DNA of 63,947 nt, the filler included, from Octopus bimaculoides (lineage: Eukaryota): NCBI RefSeq assembly GCF_001194135.2. It is 7 parts of 7 records of this genome, joined end to end, with 100 filler letters (N's around TTAATTAATTAA, not from the genome) between each part and the next. Parts side by side here need not be neighbours in the genome. Positions count along the whole stretch, not along the records: positions 51,334 to 59,666 come from NC_068986.1; positions 59,767 to 62,156 come from NC_068982.1; positions 62,257 to 63,947 come from NC_068991.1; 4 more parts are not named here. The stretch is one strand, 5' to 3'. Every line of letters starts with the position of its first letter. Position 1 is the stretch's first letter. Shown here piece by piece: positions 52,508-63,947 of the stretch. The translations under genes were made by a program, and so were the position numbers. The notes under the pieces were generated by a model. The model did no database searches. It was not told the origin of the DNA and worked only from the letters and a program-made list of their open reading frames with translations.

Positions 52508-54457
52508 TTGGAAAAATACTTTTCACGTTATTTTGTCAAACTTTTCTCTATCCAATATTTTTATTAGCGTTTCTGGAAAATGCATAACTTTAACAAAACT
52601 TCAGAATTACTTTTGAAGAAATTCTCAAAGGGCAATAATTTAGATCAGTTTTATGCATAACAAATGCGAATACATTGGACAGAATAAAGAATATATGATG
52701 TATTCGATTTTGTTTTTGTTCTTATTTGTGTGATTTTCTTTTTTGACGAAATCTCGCCCAAACTTGCCGCTGTTATCAAGACATTGGGGGAAAACAGAGA
52801 AAGTGAAATATACGAGAAGGAATATAATTAAAATTACGATACAGTGTCAATAATCAATTAATTATATAAAACAAAACGCAACGACATATCTGTAGATGTG
52901 TTAATTAACAATCTTATTTAATGTTATGAATCCCAGTGATGAGTTTACATTTTCACGTGCAGCGAAAATAATATTGTGCAATCTGTAGATTATAGGCATC
53001 AATACATAAAAATACATGCACGCACAAACAATCGCAAACATACAAACTCATACACACACCGTAGTCTGTTTTTAACATATCATTCTACCGCCAATTCTGC
53101 CATCCATTCAACATCATTCAACCATCAAATCTACATCATTCTAGCGTCAATTCTTAACTATCTACCTTTGCTTGCATAATTCGTCTATATGTTTACTTAT
53201 TGGATACACACTATCTAGTACATATAGATCGCATTATGTGTGTATATAATGACTAACGCATATTATTTAACTTGGGCAAGTGTCTTCTACTATAGCCTCG
53301 GAATGACCAAAGACTTTTGACTGGTTTTTGTAGACGGAAACCGAATGAAGCCCGTTGCTTATATATGTATGTATATATATATATATATATATATATNNNN
53401 NNNNNNNNNNNNNNNNNNNNNNNNNNNNNNNNNNNNNNNNNNNNNNNNNNNNNNNNNNNNNNNNNNNNNNNNNNNNNNNNNNNNNNNNNNNNNNNNNNNN
53501 NNNNNNNNNNNNNNNNNNNNNNNNNNNNNNNNNNNNNNNNNNNNNNNNNNNNNNNNNNNNNNNNNNNNNNNNNNNNNNNNNNNNNNNNNNNNNNNNNNNN
53601 NNNNNNNNNNNNNNNNNNNNNNNNNNNNNNNNNNNNNNNNNNNNNNNNNNNNNNNNNNNNCAGATTAAATTTGTAAACGCAAATTAAATCTAGCCATGGA
53701 GGAATGTAGTGGCGGACAAAAAACAAGACAGGAAAACAAACAGAAAAGGCTTTACGGCCAGACGAGAAAAATTATGTGTGTATGAACGCGATGATGCACG
53801 GACCCGAGAGGGACAAAGTGGTGCGTGCGTTGCTTGGCGAAAGCCAAGGAAGGAAAGGATTATTGACCGGAAGCATGTGACCATGCCGGTGTAAAGGGAA
53901 GAGAGAGAGTGGTAGAGGGAGAAACAGAGGGAGGAAGTAGAAGAATAGGTGAGCAACGAGAGGAAAAGAGAAAGAGATGAAATACGAGGGGGAAAAAGAG
54001 AAACGTAGTAGTAACAGGGGAAGAACGAGAGGGGTAAAGCGAGATACGTAGTAGTACAGAGGAAGAACGAGGGTGGGGAAGGAAAGAGAAAGAGATAGAG
54101 TAGCGTCGGAGGATATGAGTTTACGAAAACTACTTAAATTTTGGAAGACGCTGCGTTCAATCATGTAAAAACAAATAGTAAATGAGTATATGCATATATA
54201 CGTACAGGTATGTGCATACCGACAACCACCTGTATGTATAGGTGCATATCTGGGTACAGGACATTGCAATATATATATATATAAACTACTCCTAACTCCT
54301 GCAAGTTTTATTTTGTTGAACCACTAAGTCGCGGGTGTTTACACACCCAACGCTGGTGGTCCCAGTGGTCAGGGAGACCAACTTAAGCAAAAGGACACAC
54401 TATCTATCTGTCTCCCTAACTCTCTGTGACACACACACACACACGCGCACACACACA

Positions 54458-54533
<76 letters not shown>

Positions 54534-55315
54534 TATTTATGCCGGACTTCTTTTAGTTCCGTCTAGCGAATCAATTTAGAAAGCTTTGGGTGACTCAGAG
54601 ATATAGTACAAGTCGTTCGTTAAAGGTTCCACGCAGTGGGACTGAACCTGGAACTATGTTGCTGCAATGCATCCTTGTGTGTGTATGTATGCTTGTGTGC
54701 ATGTGTGTGTGCATGAATATGCGCGCTCATATGCTACCTAAAATGATAAAGCAATTCTCCGTTTTATTGTATAGTCTTACTTCCACTGAAATGAAGGAAA
54801 AATGGAGGGAAAATGAAGGAAAAAAAGGTGTGCAATTCCTTCAGCTATTGTTTCCATGGACTACAAGAACTGGTTAAGGTTTCACTAAGACTCAAACTGT
54901 AACTATTGCATGGCTAAACTGCTTTCTGCGGTATATATCTTCGCTACCCGAAACAGCTGTCAAAAATAGTAATTATTATTCTAAATCCTGTGATGTTTGT
55001 TGATATTCTTAAAGAGATAAACAAATAAGCAACCCTTCAAATTTTATCGCCACCATCATCACCATCAATCAAATGTTATATATCTCTTTACGAAAGTGAT
55101 CCGACAAAGATTACTCTAGAATATCTACAGCTTCAATAACAATCGCAAGAGGGAGCAAAACTGTCAGAGAGTGTCGAAACATATCCACTCCTCCGCTCCG
55201 GGCGACAGCTGATGCAGGGAATGTCTCGCAGTGCAAAACTGTAAATAAATAACATACACCCCCACATACCCAAATGTAATTTCTCTTTTTCTATATATAT
55301 TTATCTACATCTTCA

Positions 55316-55346
<31 letters not shown>

Positions 55347-55347
55347 T

Positions 55348-55420
<73 letters not shown>

Positions 55421-55579
55421 TTCTATTTTACACACACGTGCGCAAATGGGACCGATATAATAAGTAAAAGATTTAAGAAAATATAAGTATTGGGGTCAGT
55501 TGGTTCAGCTAAAACCCTCCAACGCCGTAGCTCCACATGGTCGCGGTCATATGACTGAAACAAAACGATCAAACGTTAT

Positions 55580-55885
55580 ATAGTGAAGGTGCATGGGTCA
55601 GTGGTTAGAGCGTCGCACTCACAATCATGAAGTAGTGAGTTCAATTTCAGGACCGGGCTTTATATTGTGTTCTTGAACAAGGCACTTTATTTCGCGTCGT
55701 TCCAGTTCACTCATCTGTAGAAATGTGTTGCGATGTCTCTGATGCCAAGCTGTATCGGTTTTTGCCTTTCTCTTGCACAAAATCAGTGGCGTGGGAAGGG
55801 GAGGGGAGGTTTTTATGCATGGGCGACTGCTGGTCTTCCATAAGCAACCTTATCCGGACTTGTGCCTGGGAAGAGGAACTTCCGA
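55580..55885 (+). mobile_element. SINE family E, second copy
   Basis: Colinear with 18676-18990. Confidence 0.85.
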
Positions 55886-56067
55886 TGTGTAATCGTCTGG
55901 TCTTTACCTATATACAGATGGAGGTCTTTATCTATCTACGGAAGCAGCATATTCTAAATGGTTAGAAAATTTTCCTGTCATTCATGAGGGAATGTTTTCA
56001 GAGAATGGTAGTCTCGAGTCATCTCAGGTCTTCTGTATAAATGTAGATTGACAGAACTAGCTTAGAT

Positions 56068-56357
56068 CAGTGCTACTCAAAGCGGTGGTCTGCGGACCGA
56101 TGCCAGTCCGTGAGCCATCAGCTGCCGGCACGCGGCTAGTTTCCATAAAAGAAAGAAACATTATAAAATGCTTATGTAATATTGTATTATTTGTTGCCAA
56201 AATAAATATAAGATAAAAAAAATTTGTCAAATTTTATTATATTCTTTAAATATATTGTTTCCGGTATAAATTAATATTACTAAAAAATAGTATCGGTCCC
56301 TGGCACATTGGAAAAAAAAATGCCAGTACGCCACATCAGATAATTTGAGAAGCACTG
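56068..56357. mobile_element. Non-autonomous hAT (Charlie/Buster-like) MITE
   Basis: TIRs CAGTGCTACTCAAA / TTTGAGAAGCACTG; perfect 8-bp TSD GCTTAGAT at 56060-56067 and 56358-56365. Confidence 0.92.
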
Positions 56358-56789
56358 GCTTAGATGACTGCCGAGGTGTGTCAGACGTACAGCCTTCTCA
56401 CAATTCGTATCATGTTCAGTCCGCCTGAGGATTAGGTTAAGAGTAGACATGTTGGGAATACTCAACCATTTAAGCTATAATTTTGAGTGGAAATGTTTCG
56501 ATGAAAAGGGAATCGTTGTGGTGGGAAGAGATGGAGATCAAATTTTATGCGCGTGCGTAATCTTCACACAGTAACACACAGTCATACAGAACACGCGTGT
56601 ATATACACGAACATACACGCACAAACACACACATAGATTCACACACAGACACTCGCAGGTATAATATATCCTACAAGCACAGATATTTATGCAGTTATAC
56701 GAGTATATACATACATGCATGCATACATACATATATACAAACATACGTACGCACGAGTGTATGCATGTGTTTGTGTTTGTGTGTGTGTG

Positions 56790-56836
<47 letters not shown>

Positions 56837-56929
56837 GTATGTGTGTGTACGCATATAACTATATGAATATACATGTGAATGTGCATGTGCGTGCGTGCGT
56901 GTGTTATACAGATAAATAGGTAGATAGCT

Positions 56930-57041
56930 ATGGATTTAGATAGATAGACAGATAGATAGATAGACAGATAGATAGATAGATATATAGACAGACAGAGAAA
57001 CCGACAGACAGACAGACATACAGACAGACATACAGACAGAC

Positions 57042-57080
<39 letters not shown>

Positions 57081-57180
57081 CAGAGAGACAGACAGACAGA
57101 GAAAGAGAGAGACAGAGAGATAGACAGACAGAGCCAGAGACAGAGATAGAAAGAGAGTCAGACTGACAGACAGAGAGGGA
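56930..57180. repeat. (AGAT)n/(AGAC)n tetranucleotide repeat
   Basis: Seen directly. Confidence 0.95.
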
Positions 57181-57599
57181 GATGTATTTGTATATATATA
57201 TAGAGAGAGAGCGTATTACACACAGGCGCAGAAAGCTATCTGGAGAAATACACACAGATACATGGAGAGGATACAGCATTAGCTTAGTAAAATATTGTCT
57301 GAGAGCTGAGAATATCGTATCGTTACTGTCAAGGCCGCCATGACTTGGATCCTGCATCTCTCCTTATCTGATCTCCCCTACATTTTCAGCGTTATCTCTT
57401 CCACAGAATTTTATCGGTTCTCTCTCATTGGCTGCTTTGTCTTATCGTTATTATCTCACGTTTACTTTCATCTTCTTCATAATCGGCGAATGTTTGTCGC
57501 CTATATCGAGCGCCATATTCATCTTCGTATTCCTCATGTTCATCACGATCATCACGATCGACGTCATCGTAAATTTGATCATCGCGATTAGGATCAGCA

Positions 57600-58741
57600 C
57601 AATCATCATTATCATCATCATCATCATCATCATGATGATGATGGTGACGGTGGTGGTGGCGGCGGTGGTCGTCGTCGTCGTCGTCCTGGTGGTGGTGGTG
57701 GCGNNNNNNNNNNNNNNNNNNNNNNNNNNNNNNNNNNNNNNNNNNNNNNNNNNNNNNNNNNNNNNNNNNNNNNNNNNNNNNNNNNNNNNNNNNNNNNNNN
57801 NNNNNNNNNNNNNNNNNNNNNNNNNNNNNNNNNNNNNNNNNNNNNNNNNNNNNNNNNNNNNNNNNNNNNNNNNNNNNNNNNNNNNNNNNNNNNNNNNNNN
57901 NNNNNNNNNNNNNNNNNNNNNNNNNNNNNNNNNNNNNNNNNNNNNNNNNNNNNNNNNNNNNNNNNNNNNNNNNNNNNNNNNNNNNNNNNNNNNNNNNNNN
58001 NNNNNNNNNNNNNNNNNNNNNNNNNNNNNNNNNNNNNNNNNNNNNNNNNNNNNNNNNNNNNNNNNNNNNNNNNNNNNNNNNNNNNNNNNNNNNNNNNNNN
58101 NNNNNNNNNNNNNNNNNNNNNNNNNNNNNNNNNNNNNNNNNNNNNNNNNNNNNNNNNNNNNNNNNNNNNNNNNNNNNNNNNNNNNNNNNNNNNNNNNNNN
58201 NNNNNNNNNNNNNNNNNNNNNNNNNNNNNNNNNNNNNNNNNNNNNNNNNNNNNNNNNNNNNNNNNNNNNNNNNNNNNNNNNNNNNNNNNNNNNNNNNNNN
58301 NNNNNNNNNNNNNNNNNNNNNNNNNNNNNNNNNNNNNNNNNNNNNNNNNNNNNNNNNNNNNNNNNNNNNNNNNNNNNNNNNNNNNNNNNNNNNNNNNNNN
58401 NNNNNNNNNNNNNNNNNNNNNNNNNNNNNNNNNNNNNNNNNNNNNNNNNNNNNNNNNNNNNNNNNNNNNNNNNNNNNNNNNNNNNNNNNNNNNNNNNNNN
58501 NNNNNNNNNNNNNNNNNNNNNNNNNNNNNNNNNNNNNNNNNNNNNNNNGGTGGTCGTCGTCGTCGTCGTGGTGATGGTGGTGGTGGTGGTGGTGGTGGTG
58601 GTGTCGTCGCAGTTAGTGAGCCTTGTCGTACCAAAAACAGTAGACGCCATAATGAAACCGCCACCACCAACACAACCACCACTGGCGTCATTGCCGATGT
58701 CATCATCATGATTTCTCATCAACACGGTACTGCTGCTGCCT

Positions 58742-58827
<86 letters not shown>

Positions 58828-58920
58828 GTGATACTGCTGCTGCTGATGATGATGATCATGATGATGATTATCACAATAAAAATAATAATAATAGTAATAA
58901 TAATAATAATAATAATAGTG
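57600..58920. repeat. Trinucleotide repeat complex (CAT/GGT/CGT/GAT/AAT) around a gap
   Basis: Seen directly; produces the poly-H/T/M/V ORF artefacts. Confidence 0.95.
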
Positions 58921-59789
58921 GCGTAACAAGTACCAGTTGAGGAATGGTGTCGAAGTAATGTACTAGATTCCTTCCTCCCAATTTCAGGCCTTATTCTTAA
59001 AGCAAAAATGATTTTTGTTATTATTGAAGACGGCTACATGGCAGGGTCCGTAGTCGTCAGAGAAAATGTTGCACTGTGCCCAATAAGGGTGCTTTTTGCA
59101 AGACATCAATCTTGCATGAGATTTCTAGTTGCCTTAAGAAGTCTTGAAGTTTTAATGGGATTGAGCTAGGGATCCAATCATCCCTGGTATCACTTGTACA
59201 TTACCCTCTCGCATTTCATACAGTTTTGCCATTTCCACTTTCAACCCCATTACACACAACATTCATTTCATTTAGAATGGCTACATCAATGATGTGACAG
59301 TTTTTATCTTCAGGTTCTTTGCATTTCTTTCTTTCTTTCAAGGTCGATGAAATAAAGACTTAGCAAGGATATGGAATCGACCTTCACCGCTTTTGTCAAA
59401 AACACTGCGTTTGTGCCAAATCTATAAAAGACAATGGCAAGACGACTGAAGTTAAGTGGGCCTAGTCTGAGAATGATTTCTCAACTAGGAGGTTAAAAAG
59501 CTGACAGAGAATATCGCTGATGTCTTGCCCACCAATAGCAGAGTAATCCGAGATTCTTTGTGCCTGGTTTTGCCCAAAATGCCCTACATAGATTGCTCCG
59601 GACTTGAGCACTCTATTTATCTATCTATTTATTTCTTCTTCTTCTTCTTCTTCTTCTTCTTCTTCTNNNNNNNNNNNNNNNNNNNNNNNNNNNNNNNNNN
59701 NNNNNNNNNNTTAATTAATTAANNNNNNNNNNNNNNNNNNNNNNNNNNNNNNNNNNNNNNNNNNNNACATACGTCAAGATCACCAGCAG

Positions 59790-60115
59790 TCTACCTCCCA
59801 CACACAGCCCCTCGTTCCCGATCACCGTTCGTTATCTCCCCCTTTCTTAGCTCTCCTGAAATAAGAATTTCTAACTTCCGGTCAGTCATTGTTATGATCG
59901 GCCATTATTATGATTGACCGTTGACTGAACACTATTCAATTTTTTTTCTCCGTGTTTTTCTCCTTGTCTCCGTATTCTTTCTGTTGAAGAGCGTAGCTCG
60001 AAACGTCAAAGACTTTCCGTATTCCCGAGCGTCATACTAATATATACTTTTGTTATTTACACCACCTGTCCTCGTCTGTTGTTATTTTTTGTATATTCTC
60101 CCACATATATCTATA
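59790..60115 (+). repeat. Penelope-like short repeat, copy 2
   Basis: Same family; ends in TA microsatellite. Confidence 0.7.
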
Positions 60116-60352
60116 TATACTACGTCATATGTAAACAAACATGAGTTTGTTTTTGAAACATTGAAATGTATTGTAGAACAAGTAGAAATATATATTTTTT
60201 CAACACCTAAAAACTGAACAGTATATATAAAGGATAGAATACTTTTAATAGTAGAAAAATTTGCCGGTAAGTTTTTCTTCTCTTAAGAGGATTTTATCCT
60301 TTATATATACTATTCAGCATCTACGTGTTGAGAAAATATATCTTTCTACTTG

Positions 60353-60387
<35 letters not shown>

Positions 60388-60999
60388 GACTTAATTTATG
60401 CATAATTATATAGAGAAAACATTATTACGTACGTAACTTGTTTGTACCTGAACTCAGAATAGTACAATGCGTTCATGCACCTCCGATTGGTCAGTGCATG
60501 AATAAATGATTCTTAATTGCTTCCTTTCTTCCCGTCTTCTGCGTTGCCTTTATTTTCTCTATTTTTTTTTTTTTTATAATTGTTTACTTTCTAGAGAAAC
60601 AAAGATTTTTTACCAAACTGAACCATATACACTCCTTATAGCACTCATTTCAATTAACCAGAATTCATCGAGTTAATTACGAAGATGGTTAACCTTTTAA
60701 ACATATTCATATGTTCATTTCTTATATTCCATGAATTGTGCTTTCAACAAAGTAGAAATGGAAAATAGTTATTTTGCCAGAATGCTCACAGCATCAAAGG
60801 GGTACCTTTCTGTGCTCAAAGCTGTTTTTAATTAAAGACGACAGACAACAAAATCAAATTATGACTGAAGGTATATTCCTTTCCTTGTAAAAAAATATAT
60901 AAATTCTACATCCATCATATTACTTTTATCTTTGGATGAAATTTTGTTTCCCTTTCCTTTAACACAAACTATTAAATTCAAAATTCAATCCGAACACTC

Positions 61000-61031
<32 letters not shown>

Positions 61032-61109
61032 TGTGTGTGCATGTGTGTGCGCGTGTGCATGCGTGTGCGCGTGTGTCTGTGTGTATGTGTGTGCACAGAC
61101 CTACAGACG

Positions 61110-61156
<47 letters not shown>

Positions 61157-61716
61157 AAATTTATATGGATTTACAGTAGAAGCCCAGTATAACTGCAGTC
61201 CAATGTGTTATATGTAGGTGCATCGGCACATACGTGTGTATTTATTTTTATAAATTTGAAAGTGCACACGCGATCTTATATAGAGTTATTAAGGAGTTAA
61301 TAAAGCCATGGTGAACGCAGTTCATTGCAATCCTCTCAAGGTTAAAGTAAGCGAGACAACAACAAAAATAGGTTATCTCCCATGATCTGTATGTTTATTT
61401 ATTTATTCCCAAATCCCGTTGAGTATCATATAAACTCGTGTATTCTCATCAAAAATGTAGCAGGCTTGATAATTGTTAAGATATATCTCTTTACAAGAAA
61501 ACATTCATAGACTTGTTAGCTCACAAATAGAGAATATTTATCTGCCGCTGCAGTCTTGAGCACTTGTATATATACGACGGGCTTCTTTCAGTTTCTGAAA
61601 ACCAAATTCATTCACTAGACTCTTGTCTGCCCAAGGCTATAGTAGAAGGCACTTGACCAAGTTTCAGTGGGACTGAACCCAAAATCAAGGGGTTGGGAAC
61701 CCACACTGCCACGCTT

Positions 61717-61755
<39 letters not shown>

Positions 61756-62085
61756 GATAAAGGATAAAATCGTAAAAAATTTTATCAGTGGCAAAGCAAT
61801 AGACCTATTAAGGTAAATTCATATATGCAGATTTATAATAATATAAAATATGTATGTGTATATGAGTAAATATTTCATATATTTTACCCAGTATGCTTTG
61901 CTGATGAGGAAAAGTCATTAAACTAATCTCGAAACTGATCAATCACGGCTAACTGTATTCTTTAATGAATTTCTGTCAGCTTTCAACCTCGATTTCAACA
62001 CGTGTGTTATACAAGTGATGATGCATAGACATGGCACCCTCTATGCCCTTAATTATAAATGTATTTTATACTACTGTAGATATCT

Positions 62086-62156
<71 letters not shown>

Positions 62157-62359
62157 NNNNNNNNNNNNNNNNNNNNNNNNNNNNNNNNNNNNNNNNNNNN
62201 TTAATTAATTAANNNNNNNNNNNNNNNNNNNNNNNNNNNNNNNNNNNNNNNNNNNNAAATACATGAATATTATTTCGGTAGAAATGAATCAAAACTGGAC
62301 CCATAAATGAAATTACAGAGGTGCATGAATGCATACATACCTTCATACACAGACACACA

Positions 62360-62393
<34 letters not shown>

Positions 62394-62407
62394 TATATAT
62401 ATTCGCC

Positions 62408-62582
62408 ATGATAGATCGCTGACCACTACATTTATATTTTTTTTCTTCTTGTTTCTCAGTTGAACAGCGTAGGCTCGAAACGTCAAAGACTTTCTCTATT
62501 CCCGAGCGTTAAACTAATACATCCATTTGTTGTTTACACCACCTGTCTTCGTCTGTTGTTTTTTTCGTAAATTCTCCCATAT
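62408..62582 (+). repeat. Penelope-like short repeat, copy 3
   Basis: Same family; flanked by CA/TA microsatellites. Confidence 0.7.
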
Positions 62583-63947
62583 ATATACATACACACAGAC
62601 ACACATATACAACCATAGAATCATAAATACGTACTTTCATGCATTAGCATACACACATACACACACACAAACAAACACACACATGCATACATATATACTA
62701 AGGAAACGTGATTTTGCATATTGTGTAAAAATAACTAGTTCACGCTTATGCTATTATACCTTTTCTGATACTATTATTGAGGGACCAGCTTTATACAGTG
62801 AAATACAGCGATGTCCTCTTTATATTAAAGGTTCTGGTTCTTAATTAAAAGTGGAGGAGCGAAGTTTGAAGATAAATTCATTAAGATTTAATTGGAAACG
62901 TTTCACTTAGCGAACGAGAACGAGTGATCATCTGGAAAATAATTTAAACTGTCACTTGTTTCTGGACGCCGACTTCATCGCCAATTTGAATAACGGTCAT
63001 GTTACCATAATATTTAGCCCTTCATGGTCATAATACTATAATGTTCTGGACAAATATTGCTCTTCCTCCAACCCATCAAAAGGAAAAAAAAAAAAATATA
63101 TAGGAGGGATATTTAAAAAATAAATATTGTTAGCCAAAGAAAATATTTAAAAATGAATTTGTACACATGTAGGAGCTCATGTATGTAATATAATGGGCAG
63201 AAAAAAAAACTTCAATGAAATGAGATTACCCATGCAATTAGTCGGCTAAAACTCCCACAATGTATGTTTAAAAAATATATGAGAACGACAAACAAGGGAG
63301 ATAACCTTAAATAACATCTGTCGATTCAAATTTTCGGAAAATATAGAGACAATGCATATGAGACATTGGTCGCCATAAATATTTATTCTCGCAATAAATA
63401 TTTGTTGACGCAATAAATTAAAATGTGTGTATTTGTGATGTTCATTAATTTCTCAGAAGTATTTACGACGAACATGATGTTAATTAACAGTTTCAAGGTA
63501 ATCTTGAATTAAGAATCACAGCATCCGTCACCAAATATTCTGTCAATATAAAACAATTCTACATAAGTTTCAATACCGTGAAAATGTATCTGGAAGAATA
63601 AATTACGAGCTGTGAAGTTCATGTTGTTATTATTATTATTATTATTAACACCTGTAAAAAAAAAGGTAATATAAAAGGAGAAAGGGCTCTATACCCCTTT
63701 CTTATTTTCTGACCAGGCTCCCGTGGATTTTATGGGCTTTTCCACGTGTAACCTTTTGAAGCCCCCCCCCCCTATTGGGAGTTTTATTTGTTATATCTTT
63801 CTCTGTTTTCCTCACTGTTTACACGAACGTTTTCTTCTTTTCGGACAAAACCGTTTGTAACCTTCGTCCTGTCTTTGTCCTTACATGTTTTTAATTTATA
63901 TTAGCCCTTGTGTCCAATAAAACCAGAATTAATTATTATCATTATTA

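Noticed and set aside
57428-58929. 427-492 aa ORFs with poly-His/Thr/Val
   Set aside because: Trinucleotide repeats plus an ~845-nt gap.

Overview
AT-rich, microsatellite- and SINE-dense eukaryotic DNA with many N gaps. The repeat families and composition look like an octopus (coleoid cephalopod) draft scaffold; this is my inference and was not searched. The only solid protein-coding content is five in-frame minus-strand exons (14437->691) of a SPAK/OSR1 (STK39/OXSR1, fly fray) STE20 kinase, covering the kinase C-lobe, the linker and the WEWS S-motif. The N-lobe/DFG exons are not in the called sequence (an unsized gap sits at 15652-15751) and the C-terminal exons lie off-window to the left. 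About 1-31 kb looks CpG-depleted (gene-body-like), 32-35 kb is a CpG-richer promoter-like zone, and the rest appears intergenic. TE remnants include tRNA-SINE families, RTE, R4-like and HERO-like LINEs, mariner copies and MITEs, hAT copies and Penelope-like repeats. There is also one U6 snRNA pseudogene. The best leads are minimal hammerhead-ribozyme-like folds with atypical cores, a U6-SINE fusion, a possible alternative first coding exon (KS-SPAK-like isoform), a 93-bp intronic hairpin and a candidate Ser>Gly A-to-I recoding site. All coordinates were read by eye.
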